In this document: piece after piece, positions 8,071-14,873 of the stretch | How positions within the stretch are numbered: position 1 is the stretch's first letter | Layout of the letters: each line of letters starts with the position of its first letter | IMG/VR virus record: IMGVR_UViG_3300045988_048484 | Direction: 5' to 3' (one strand) | DNA from: a virus | Length of the DNA stretch: 35,641 nt | Translations under genes and position numbers: made by a program | The notes under the pieces: model-generated | The model's input: only the letters and a program-made list of their open reading frames with translations | The model's database searches: none | Told to the model about the DNA's origin: nothing

Positions 8071-8749
8071 CTTCGTCACCGTCTTCCTGGCCTTCGGCGA
8101 TTCTGCGAAGGACTTCTTCAACAAGCTGTTTCGAAGTGAATTCGGCCAACAGTGCGGAATCAGAAAATTCGACCTGGTCAGGTTCCAGGGATAACGTGAT
8201 CCCAGATTCCACATAGAAAGCCGGCCGAACGCCAAGGTAGCCAATGTACGCGTAGCTGCGGCCCAGACTGCCGTCAGCGCTGACACCGCGCGCACCGTTC
8301 GCGTTGCCGGCGTACGGGGTGATCAGCCACCACCAGTCGTCCAGGGTCAGAAGGTCCTGTTCGCTGTACTTGCGGAACATGGCTTCAGACAGAAGGGCGA
8401 TCTTGTCCTGAATGATACCGTAACCGGCGCCGCCTTCGTGGTCTGCCAGGTCCCAGTCTGCCGTCAGAATGTGGGCGGAACGGATAGGTCCTTCAGCATG
8501 GTCGAAAGCGGCCAGGAATTCGGTGTTCAGTTCCTTTCGAAGATTGCTGAAGCGCCAGTCGTTCGGATTCGTTTCCGGCTTTTCAGGTCTGGTCTTGAAA
8601 GGCTGATCTGCGAAGTGGCGGTCGGCGATACAGGCGTCGGCGATCAGAAGGGTTCTTCCGTTCGTGAAGTGTTCCAGAATCCGGACGTCGATCGGTCCGG
8701 CGTTGAATACGGTTCCGGGTGCAAGGTCTTTGATTTTAGCGTTTACCAT
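8051..8749 (-). CDS. DGR target protein 1 (232 aa), C-type-lectin/FGE-like variable domain (WWL.TPYAG...GVRPA class), located in the early region
   Basis: The start was reset to the ATG at 8749, which is preceded by GAAGGAGGAAAAACAA. It contains VR1. The motifs DDWWWLITPYAGNANGARGVSADGSLGRSYAYIGYLGVRPAF are paralogous to the N-terminal domain of ORF 18522..20222. Confidence 0.85.
   Translation of the reverse strand: MVNAKIKDLAPGTVFNAGPIDVRILEHFTNGRTLLIADACIADRHFADQPFKTRPEKPETNPNDWRFSNLRKELNTEFLAAFDHAEGPIRSAHILTADWDLADHEGGAGYGIIQDKIALLSEAMFRKYSEQDLLTLDDWWWLITPYAGNANGARGVSADGSLGRSYAYIGYLGVRPAFYVESGITLSLEPDQVEFSDSALLAEFTSKQLVEEVLRRIAEGQEDGDEDESEVW
8217..8320 (-). repeat. DGR variable repeat VR1
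   Basis: It aligns without gaps to TR 21454-21557. Over the 100-bp core (8221-8320) there are 17 mismatches, all where the TR coding strand has A. Confidence 0.93.
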
Positions 8750-9164
8750 TTGTTTTTCCTCCTTCGAATTCTTCGATCGTGACTTCGATTCGCGGGTCTT
8801 TCGGGTCCACGGCGAAGTCGTCTGTGAAATGCTCGATCTGGCCCCACCCGTCATTATCCAGGACGCCACAGTGGACCAGGCTGTCCTGAATGAACTTTTT
8901 CGCGAAGGCGATATTGTCCTTATCGCGACGACGGTTCGGTTCGACCCACAGATAGCGGATCACGACGGGGCGGTCGAAATGGACGCCGCGAAGCTGTGTC
9001 TTTACCATGTATCCGATCACGTTTTCGGCCTGTTTCTTCATGGCGGCGGCCTTATACTTACCCTTGACGGCTCTTTCGGCGTCAATGTATTCGTTTAACC
9101 CTGGCAGAAGGCCAGGAATGGTCAGTTTGTACTGTTTTTTCACTCGTTCACGTCCTTTCCTCAC
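8736..9164 (-). CDS. rusA: RusA-like Holliday junction resolvase
   Basis: 142 aa with RRRDKDNIAFAKKFIQDSLVHCGVLDND, the RusA catalytic Asp-rich pattern. Confidence 0.8.
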   Translation of the reverse strand: MRKGRERVKKQYKLTIPGLLPGLNEYIDAERAVKGKYKAAAMKKQAENVIGYMVKTQLRGVHFDRPVVIRYLWVEPNRRRDKDNIAFAKKFIQDSLVHCGVLDNDGWGQIEHFTDDFAVDPKDPRIEVTIEEFEGGKTNGKR

Positions 9165-10009
9165 AGGCCCAGAATCTTTCGGGCCTTGTCACGCCGTTCG
9201 GCGGCGTTCTGGGTTCGCCTGGATTCGCCGGCAAGTTTCAGCTTGATCGGACACATTTCCAGGATTCGGTCATAGATTCGCGCATACCCCAGGGAAGGCG
9301 GATTCTGAAGGTCGGCCAGGGAAAGATTCGTGGTGACGATCAGGGGTTTTCCGGAACGGCTTCGGGCGTCTATGATGTTGAAGACCTGTTCGACAGAAAA
9401 CGACGTGTCACGTTCGACGCCCAGGTCGTCAATGACCAGAAGGTCATAACGGTTCAGCTTGTCCAGGAATTCCTGTTTGTCTTCTCCGAACCCCTGAAGT
9501 TTGTTCAGAATTCGGGGAAAGTTCGTGACGCTGACCCTGACACATTTGTCGATCAGTGCGTTCGCGATACAACAGGCCAGGAAGGACTTTCCGGTCCCGA
9601 CGCCGCCATAGAACAGAATTCCGATATTGTCGGCCTTCATTTCCTCCCAGTGGTCGACGTACTTCAGACAGACGTCAGTGATCTTCTGATTCCGGCCGTC
9701 GTCCTGGTCGAAGGTCTGGACCAGATATGACGGATCGGTGATCCCGTCTTTTCGCCGGCGCTCGACCATTTCGCGGAACTTCCGGCGTTCTTCTTCCTGG
9801 CGTTCACGTTCCGCCTGTTCTGACCGGCATTTACACATACACGGAACAAGGACCGTCTTTTCGCCCAGGTCCAGGCGGTGTTCTTTTCGGGTTTTGCAGT
9901 TGCCGCAACACAGGAAGCCTTCTTCGTCACGGAAGTCGCCTTCGGCTTCGTTGTTCGCGCGGCCCCTTGCGGCGATCTGTTCCACGACGTCGCTGAAGAT
10001 GTTTCCCAC
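9161..10009 (-). CDS. DnaC/IstB-like AAA+ helicase loader
   Basis: Walker A GGVGTGKSF, Walker B LLVIDDLG, and an N-terminal CxxC zinc-ribbon-like region. Confidence 0.85.
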   Translation of the reverse strand: MGNIFSDVVEQIAARGRANNEAEGDFRDEEGFLCCGNCKTRKEHRLDLGEKTVLVPCMCKCRSEQAERERQEEERRKFREMVERRRKDGITDPSYLVQTFDQDDGRNQKITDVCLKYVDHWEEMKADNIGILFYGGVGTGKSFLACCIANALIDKCVRVSVTNFPRILNKLQGFGEDKQEFLDKLNRYDLLVIDDLGVERDTSFSVEQVFNIIDARSRSGKPLIVTTNLSLADLQNPPSLGYARIYDRILEMCPIKLKLAGESRRTQNAAERRDKARKILGL

Positions 10010-10011
10010 GG

Positions 10012-10791
10012 TTATTCACCCAGGAAGTCTTCGCCGTCGTCGTAGTTTTTGGCGGCGGTCGGCTTCGGTGAAGGCGTTACCTCTGCGCGATCGTATTCGT
10101 TCCAACGCTCACCGCGAAGGAATGTGGCCGGATAGGGAATGAAGCGACCTTCGTCCTTCGTCCACTGTTCAGAACGCTTCCAACGCTCGACGCCCTGGAC
10201 GATCTGGTCGATAAGGCTGTCGTCAGGCTTGATCTGGTTCCAGACCTTCACAGCGTCCTTCTTCCCGACCTTACGGGGATAAGCAGACCAGAAGCGGTCA
10301 AACCCGTCGCGGCCACCGGCGCCGTTTTGCGCCGTTGCTCGTTTTCGTTCCTCGTTTACGTTTTCGTTTTCGTTTACGTTTACGGAAGAATCTGTTTGCA
10401 TTTGCGCGCAAGTGTTAAAATCTTCACCTGTTTCCTGTTGTGTGCAAATGCTATCAAGGGAACACGGAAGCGGAAACTTGCTTTTCTGTGCGCGTCTGTT
10501 CTGGTGTTTGTCCCAGGACAATAATTTCAGGTATTTCTTGCCGTCTTCGGCGGCTGTGTATGTAGCCACCAGGCCGGCCTTGCATAATTCGGAAAGCCAG
10601 GAAGCGACTTTTCTTTCGGTCGGGACGCTCAAAGGGAACAGAAGTGAAGCTATAATCTTCGGGTTCCCGTGGTACAGGCCGAAGTCGTCCGCTTTGACGA
10701 TCAGACGATAGAACAGGACTTCCGCTTCGGCCGAAATTGTGGCCAGGTTTTCCGACGTGCAGATCGATTCTTTCAAAATGCGACTTGGCAT
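10012..10791 (-). CDS. Phage replisome organizer / DnaD-like replication initiation protein
   Basis: The N-terminus ILKESICTSENLATISAEAEVLFYRLIVKADDFG is the replisome-organizer N-domain pattern. The C-terminus FDRFWSAYPRKVGKKDAVKVW is helicase-loader/DnaD-like. Confidence 0.8.
   Translation of the reverse strand: MPSRILKESICTSENLATISAEAEVLFYRLIVKADDFGLYHGNPKIIASLLFPLSVPTERKVASWLSELCKAGLVATYTAAEDGKKYLKLLSWDKHQNRRAQKSKFPLPCSLDSICTQQETGEDFNTCAQMQTDSSVNVNENENVNEERKRATAQNGAGGRDGFDRFWSAYPRKVGKKDAVKVWNQIKPDDSLIDQIVQGVERWKRSEQWTKDEGRFIPYPATFLRGERWNEYDRAEVTPSPKPTAAKNYDDGEDFLGE
10341..10383. repeat. Run of GTTTTC/GTTTAC hexamers inside the replisome organizer gene (candidate iterons/origin)
   Basis: gttttc gttcctc gtttac gttttc gttttc gtttac gtttac. 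On the minus strand it encodes the linker VNVNENENVNEE. Confidence 0.7.
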
Positions 10792-10806
10792 TTCTTACAC
10801 CACCTT

Positions 10807-11580
10807 TCAAGCGTTCTTCTGGCAAGCGCGACACATTTCGCGGCCATACTTCTTCATGGAATATTGCTGTTCGGCGGAACTGATAGGTCCGCCACATACA
10901 GGACACACAGAACCGGTCGTCTGGCCGTTATTCTGGCCCTGTGGCGCGTTTTGCGGTGCGCGGTTGGTAGTTTGTCCACCCTGGGCCTGTGCGGCGTTCT
11001 GGGGTGCGTTCTGGGCGGCTCTGGGCGCCTGGGTGTAACCGTTCATATTGAAGCGGACAACGCCGTTCCGGTCCACGATCACCAGGTCACAGATTTCGCG
11101 GCGGTCGTCATAGGCGATCTTCGACACCTTGAAGCGCGTGTTCGAATAGCACTTGAAGACCTCTTTGTTTCCCTGGCGTTCGGAATAGAATTCGCCGTCT
11201 GCCAGTTCGACATAAATGAACGGGCCGGTGTAAAGTTCACGGCCGATCCCGACGTTAAAGCCGGCGCGTTTGAAGGCGTCCGACGCCTGGCCTTTTTCCT
11301 TTTCGGTGTTACTCTCGACGCCGACGTCCTGTTTCCGGACCCAGGTTTTCTTTTCTTCGTCCCAGATGTCGATCGAACAGAACAGGTTCCCGTTGATCAC
11401 TTCGTGGGTTCTCTGCCAGTTCCCAGGGCCGAAGACCAGGTCCAGGATTCGCATATCGACACGGGCGTCCTTGTAAAGCAGAAGGACGGCGCCGACCTTG
11501 CCGGTTTTCGCCTTGCTGACAGACTGAACGCGACAGTCTATGTCCTGTTCAGTCAGAAGGGGAATGGTGAATTCTTTCAT
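10807..11580 (-). CDS. Rad52/Sak-like single-strand annealing protein with a C-terminal zinc ribbon
   Basis: KGQASDAFKRAGFNVGIGRELY is the Rad52-family signature. The C-terminus carries CPVCGG...CRACQ. Confidence 0.8.
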   Translation of the reverse strand: MKEFTIPLLTEQDIDCRVQSVSKAKTGKVGAVLLLYKDARVDMRILDLVFGPGNWQRTHEVINGNLFCSIDIWDEEKKTWVRKQDVGVESNTEKEKGQASDAFKRAGFNVGIGRELYTGPFIYVELADGEFYSERQGNKEVFKCYSNTRFKVSKIAYDDRREICDLVIVDRNGVVRFNMNGYTQAPRAAQNAPQNAAQAQGGQTTNRAPQNAPQGQNNGQTTGSVCPVCGGPISSAEQQYSMKKYGREMCRACQKNA

Positions 11581-11593
11581 ATCGTCGCCCCCC

Positions 11594-12088
11594 TTACTTG
11601 ATCTGAATGTTTCGGTTCTCGATCAACGTCGCGCCGGCGATTTCCTGTCCGGCCTGAATTGCCTTCTTGATTGCCGTTTTGTCCGGCTTCGTGGACACGG
11701 TTTCCACGATAAAGTCAGCCGGAAGGGCGCCTTCGTCTTCGATATTCACCGCCACGGACTTTCTGAAGGACACGCGGACCTTTGCGGTTTCGACCTTGTC
11801 ACGGCCGGCGGCGTCCAGACAGGAAGTCAGATACTTCTTCATGTTGTCGACCTTACGTTCTGCGCTCTTTCTGCGCTCTGCCAGGCTCGATTCCTCTGTC
11901 TTCAGGGAACCGATAAAGGCTTCCAGGTTCTTAATGTAACAGGCCACAGATTCGGCCTTTTCCTCAAACACACCGGCCAGGGCGTCCACTGCTTCGAAAT
12001 TCAGGATTTCGCCGGTTTCTTCGTCGACCTCCAAACGGTCGAAGGCTTCCAGATATTCACGGGTGATTTCATACAGACTATTATTCAT
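11594..12088 (-). CDS. Siphovirus Gp157-like protein
   Basis: 164 aa with an N-terminal coiled coil (ITREYLEAFDRLEVDEETGEI) and a C-terminus ending in IK. It sits upstream of the annealase, as in many Firmicutes phages. Confidence 0.6.
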   Translation of the reverse strand: MNNSLYEITREYLEAFDRLEVDEETGEILNFEAVDALAGVFEEKAESVACYIKNLEAFIGSLKTEESSLAERRKSAERKVDNMKKYLTSCLDAAGRDKVETAKVRVSFRKSVAVNIEDEGALPADFIVETVSTKPDKTAIKKAIQAGQEIAGATLIENRNIQIK

Positions 12089-12281
12089 TCGGGGAACCTC
12101 CCTTCAGGGCGGCCAGTTCTGCTTCCAGATCGGCGGCCTTCTTTTCGGCTTCTCTGCAACGGTTGAACCAGTCGGTAGAACTGCGGCGTTCAAATTCCAG
12201 GCTTTCGGCCAGTTCGCGGTTCTCGACCAGGATTTTTAAGGTAAAAGCCTTCACGGCTTCAGTGTCATAAAAATTCAGCAT
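12081..12281 (-). CDS. Hypothetical coiled-coil protein (66 aa)
   Basis: AAAGGAG lies 9 nt upstream of the ATG. The ORF is tightly packed in the operon. Confidence 0.5.
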   Translation of the reverse strand: MLNFYDTEAVKAFTLKILVENRELAESLEFERRSSTDWFNRCREAEKKAADLEAELAALKGGSPNE

Positions 12282-12307
12282 TGAAATTTGCTCCTTTCTG
12301 TGCTATA

Positions 12308-12469
12308 CTATTTACAGGTTTTTTTGGAATGGGCCGTTTCGGTTGTTGTGGTGACGACGAAACGGTCTTTTTCTGTTTCTTCGATCGTGATTTTCTTTTC
12401 ACCAAGAAGAATCAGACTTTTGACAGCCTGTCCGACCTGGACCGGCGATAACGTCGCGGTGTACTTCAT
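12308..12469 (-). CDS. Hypothetical small protein (53 aa; below the ORF-track cutoff)
   Basis: Own translation: GGAGGAAACGCC-ATG, giving MKYTATLSPVQVGQAVKSLILLGEKKITIEETEKDRFVVTTTTETAHSKKTCK. It ends just before the RBS of the next gene. Confidence 0.45.
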   Translation of the reverse strand: MKYTATLSPVQVGQAVKSLILLGEKKITIEETEKDRFVVTTTTETAHSKKTCK

Positions 12470-12710
12470 GGCGTTTCCTCCTTTCCTTGCGTACTGGGAA
12501 GGCGCCGGCCAGAAGTAGCAGTCCGGCCCAGATGAACATGAATCCGAACATTCTGACCGTTCCTTCCAGAAGTGGAACCCTGTCGCACTCGACAGCGCCG
12601 ACGGCCCCTAACATGGCCAGGAAGGCAAACACCGAAAGAACCGTCGCCGTGTTTCTTATGGCCAGGCGAATTCGTTGTCGTTTTCGCCTGGCGCGCTGTG
12701 CTTGTGTCAT
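12399..12710 (-). CDS. Hypothetical membrane protein with two predicted TM helices
   Basis: Hydrophobic stretches VLSVFAFLAMLGAVGAV and FGFMFIWAGLLLLAGAF. The start overlaps the upstream stop. The 3' end overlaps the 53-aa ORF by 71 nt, so one of the two may be mis-delimited. Confidence 0.45.
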   Translation of the reverse strand: MTQAQRARRKRQRIRLAIRNTATVLSVFAFLAMLGAVGAVECDRVPLLEGTVRMFGFMFIWAGLLLLAGAFPVRKERRKRHEVHRDVIAGPGRTGCQKSDSSW

Positions 12711-12961
12711 GCGTTGACCTCCTTTCGTCTTCTGCCGCGACGACGAATATTTTCCTGGTAGGTCTTCTGTGCCAGAACCGGATCGTAGGCCGGACGCTGA
12801 TTCTGATCAAGTTCGCCAGTGTCGCCGCGCTTCAGTTCACCATAAAGCGTCTTTTTGGGAACGCCGACAGCTTCAGAAATTTCGGCGGTGGTGACGCCTT
12901 TTTCGTATAAAGCCGCGATCGCTTTTCTGTCGTCGAAGGTAATAGTCTTATAAGTTGCCAC
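12707..12961 (-). CDS. HTH protein resembling the N-terminal DNA-binding domain of IS30-type transposases
   Basis: ITFDDRKAIAALYEKGVTTAEISEAVGVPKKTLYGELKRG parallels LSWNDRLKIEAMLKAGRHYQEIADEIGVHLRTIYNEVKRG in the adjacent transposase. GTG start with GAAAGGAG. Confidence 0.55.
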   Translation of the reverse strand: MATYKTITFDDRKAIAALYEKGVTTAEISEAVGVPKKTLYGELKRGDTGELDQNQRPAYDPVLAQKTYQENIRRRGRRRKEVNA

Positions 12962-12994
12962 GTTTTCACGCTCCTTTCTCGGCCGTTTTGGATA

Positions 12995-13030
12995 TAAAAA
13001 AATAGACTGCGAAGTTCGTCTGAACTTTGC
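12995..13030 (-). terminator. Terminator-like hairpin plus U7 in the leader of the HTH gene
   Basis: Minus-strand RNA GCAAAGUUC-AGAC-GAACUUCGC forms a 9-bp stem with one mismatch, followed by AGUCUAUUUUUUUA. Confidence 0.45.
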
Positions 13031-13036
13031 AATCTA

Positions 13037-13065
13037 ATGTTACACCCTACATTCGAAAAAGTCAA
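13037..13065 (-). promoter_or_regulatory. Candidate sigma-70-type promoter (TTGACT-17 nt-TAACAT)
   Basis: The minus strand reads TTGACT(13065-13060)-ttttcgaatgtagggtg-TAACAT(13042-13037). It lies in an AT-rich intergenic region. Confidence 0.4.
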
Positions 13066-13094
13066 GACTAAATTGCAAAAATCCACAAATAATT

Positions 13095-14135
13095 TCAAAT
13101 TAGCATGGCGACGCCTTCAGCGAACACAGAATTCGCGCTTCTGAATCCGTGAATTTCTCTGGGGTAGTTGTTGATCCAGTCTTCGACCTGGCGGATCGCC
13201 TTCGCCGTTACCTGGCGGAAGTCAGTCCCCTTCGGGAACCACCGGCGGATCATTTTATTCAGATTTTCGTTCGTCCCTCTCTCATACGAAGAATAGGGGT
13301 GACAATAATAGACCTTTGTCCTGTTGCCTTTCCGGCGACAGGACTTTTCTATTCCCTGGCAGTCGGCGAATTCGGAACCGTTGTCGACGGTGATCGTCTG
13401 GAATATCTTATAGAAGGCGGCGCCGTATTGACGTTCAAGGCGATCCAGGGCCGCGACGACGCTTCGGCTTGTCTGGTCCTTCATAGGGATAATGATTTCT
13501 TTTCTGGACTTTCGTTCGGTCAGAACCAGAAGGGTTTTCTTCGTCTTTTTCTTGCCTTCGACACAGTCCATTTCCCAGTGACCGACGGTTTCCCTGGCGT
13601 TGATCTCTTTCGGGCGGTTTTCAATACTTTCACCGGCGGAAGGACGGGAAGCCTTCTTCACGCGGTTATAGGAACGCTTCTTCTTGCTCTTTTCCGGAAG
13701 GCTTTTGTTCGTAATGGTCAGAAAGACACCTTTGTCGATATAGGAATAAAGGGTCGATTCACAGATCGACGTCTGGAATTCGATTCCCTGTTCCTTGATT
13801 TCACCCAGGACAGCGGCCGGCGAATAGCCTTCTTCGCCGATCTTCTTTTCGATATACTGGGCCAGGGCGTGATCCTTGCCGATCTTCAGATCAGGACCCT
13901 TCGCCGCCAGGTGTTCCCTGTATGCCGCTTCGGCTATGTCCGGACTGTATCGTTCTTCTTCGGTCAGGTCCGAATTCGTGTGGATATAACGGCCACGCTT
14001 GACTTCGTTGTAAATGGTGCGAAGGTGGACACCGATTTCGTCGGCGATTTCCTGGTAATGCCGGCCGGCCTTCAACATGGCTTCAATCTTCAGGCGATCG
14101 TTCCATGATAAATGTCTGAATCTGCGTCTTTTCAT
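13095..14135 (-). CDS. IS30-family DDE transposase (346 aa)
   Basis: N-terminal HTH, then the catalytic core WEMD...TVDNGSEF...YCHPYSSYERGTNENLN (D, D, E spacing typical of IS30). The start was reset to the ATG at 14135 behind GGGAGGAATAACA. Confidence 0.88.
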   Translation of the reverse strand: MKRRRFRHLSWNDRLKIEAMLKAGRHYQEIADEIGVHLRTIYNEVKRGRYIHTNSDLTEEERYSPDIAEAAYREHLAAKGPDLKIGKDHALAQYIEKKIGEEGYSPAAVLGEIKEQGIEFQTSICESTLYSYIDKGVFLTITNKSLPEKSKKKRSYNRVKKASRPSAGESIENRPKEINARETVGHWEMDCVEGKKKTKKTLLVLTERKSRKEIIIPMKDQTSRSVVAALDRLERQYGAAFYKIFQTITVDNGSEFADCQGIEKSCRRKGNRTKVYYCHPYSSYERGTNENLNKMIRRWFPKGTDFRQVTAKAIRQVEDWINNYPREIHGFRSANSVFAEGVAMLI

Positions 14136-14155
14136 TGTTATTCCTCCCTGGGTAA

Positions 14156-14187
14156 GCAAAAAGGCCCCGTCCGTAATGGACAGGGCC
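14156..14187 (-). terminator. Rho-independent terminator after the RHH gene
   Basis: Minus-strand RNA GGCCCUGUCC-AUUAC-GGACGGGGCC forms a 10-bp stem with one G-U pair, followed by UUUUUG. Confidence 0.75.
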
Positions 14188-14196
14188 TTCTGATCG

Positions 14197-14382
14197 TTAT
14201 ATGTTGGATAATCGGGCGATATGTTCCGCCAGTGCTTCTTTTATGAAGGCGTTGACGCTCATTCCGACCGATTCGGCCGCCTTCGCGATTTTTTCCCTGT
14301 CACCTTTCGGGACTGTGATTTCGATTCGGTCATAGGCTTTCGTATTATAGCGCTTGTTTGCGGCTGTCTGTGCTTTACTCAT
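14197..14382 (-). CDS. Ribbon-helix-helix (Arc/MetJ/CopG-type) DNA-binding protein
   Basis: 61 aa. YDRIEITVPKGDREKIAKAAESVGMSVNAFIKEAL shows the beta-strand plus two-helix RHH pattern. Confidence 0.7.
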   Translation of the reverse strand: MSKAQTAANKRYNTKAYDRIEITVPKGDREKIAKAAESVGMSVNAFIKEALAEHIARLSNI

Positions 14383-14405
14383 AAAATAATCACCTCACGC
14401 CTATT

Positions 14406-14434
14406 ATTATATACTACCGGTAGTATATTGTCAA
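14406..14434 (-). promoter_or_regulatory. Consensus sigma-70 promoter (TTGACA-17 nt-TATAAT) with an embedded perfect 20-bp palindrome (operator candidate)
   Basis: The minus strand reads TTGACA(14434-14429)-atatactaccggtagta-TATAAT(14411-14406). The palindrome ATATACTACCGGTAGTATAT lies at 14409-14428. Confidence 0.7.
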
Positions 14435-14445
14435 GGGGTTCAGGG

Positions 14446-14475
14446 TAAAAAAATAGGCCACCGGTGATCCGGTGG
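14446..14475 (-). terminator. Rho-independent terminator after the XRE gene (bidirectional shape)
   Basis: Minus-strand RNA CCACCGG-AUCA-CCGGUGG forms a 7-bp stem, followed by CCUAUUUUUUUA. A T5 run is present on the other side. Confidence 0.7.
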
Positions 14476-14487
14476 TCGGTTTTTGGT

Positions 14488-14730
14488 TCAGTCTTCAGAT
14501 AAAAGCCAGTCGACAGACACGTTCAGGACCTTCGCTATAACCTTCAGTTCGAAGTCTGCGACGAAGCGCGTTCCGATCTCGATTCGGCTGACGCTGTCGC
14601 GCTCTATGGTTATACCGGCGATCTGTAACTGTGCCGCGAAGTCCGCCTGGGTAAGTCGGCGCTTCAATCTGGCTTCGCGAATTCGTTCGCCGCTGACATT
14701 CTTCTTTCCCTGATAATCGTATATTTTCAC
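14488..14730 (-). CDS. XRE-family (Cro/CI-type) HTH regulator, first gene of the leftward early operon
   Basis: ERIREARLKRRLTQADFAAQLQIAGITIERDSVSRIEIGTR is a classic HTH_3 signature. GTG start behind GAAGGGAGGG. Confidence 0.85.
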   Translation of the reverse strand: MKIYDYQGKKNVSGERIREARLKRRLTQADFAAQLQIAGITIERDSVSRIEIGTRFVADFELKVIAKVLNVSVDWLLSED

Positions 14731-14758
14731 GCCAGACCCTCCCTTCGTTTGTAACTTT

Positions 14759-14819
14759 TGTGTTAAACGTCTGAATTATTCTTGTTTTTAACACATTTTT
14801 GATGTATAATTGTGTTAAA
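14759..14819. promoter_or_regulatory. Divergent control region with three copies of the 9-mer TGTGTTAAA (one inverted), plus a plus-strand promoter TTGTTT-17 nt-TATAAT
   Basis: TGTGTTAAA at 14759-14767 and 14811-14819; TTTAACACA at 14787-14795. The -35 is at 14782-14787 and the -10 at 14805-14810. Confidence 0.6.
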
Positions 14820-14873
14820 GGTCAGAATCTCTCAAAGATTCACAAATAGTTTACATAAAGAGGTGATTTCAGT

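Noticed and set aside
8160-8216. A strong hairpin or cruciform downstream of the VRs, as reported for the Bordetella phage DGR
   Set aside because: Only weak 5-bp stems are visible (GGGAT-cacgtt-ATCCC after VR1; GAATC-8 nt-GATTC after VR2). This is not sufficient to call.
8071-8295. N-terminal extension of track ORF 7837..8295, which runs through VR1 in another frame
   Set aside because: It would overlap the DGR target gene by 245 nt, including the hypervariable VR. The shorter ORF starting at 8070 is more plausible.
8750-8869. N-terminal 40-codon extension of track ORF 8051..8869
   Set aside because: It overlaps the rusA 3' end and its sequence is low-complexity and basic. The internal ATG at 8749 has a near-perfect Shine-Dalgarno sequence (GAAGGAGGA).
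13080-13094. Direct repeat ATYCACAAATARTTT shared with 14838-14852, possibly bracketing the transposase-RHH-XRE block
   Set aside because: Only 13 of the 15 core positions match, in AT-rich intergenic DNA, which is compatible with chance. No supporting structure was found.
14136-14159. TTG-initiated longer start for the transposase (track ORF start 14159)
   Set aside because: The ATG at 14135 is preceded by GGGAGGA at good spacing. The extension would start inside the terminator tail.
12962-14196. Terminal inverted repeats and a target-site duplication for the IS30-type element
   Set aside because: Scanning both flanks by eye found no convincing inverted match. The only shared string is the 11-bp direct repeat TAAAAAAATAG (12995-13005 and 14446-14456), which is the U-tract of two terminators. 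This needs a computational search.
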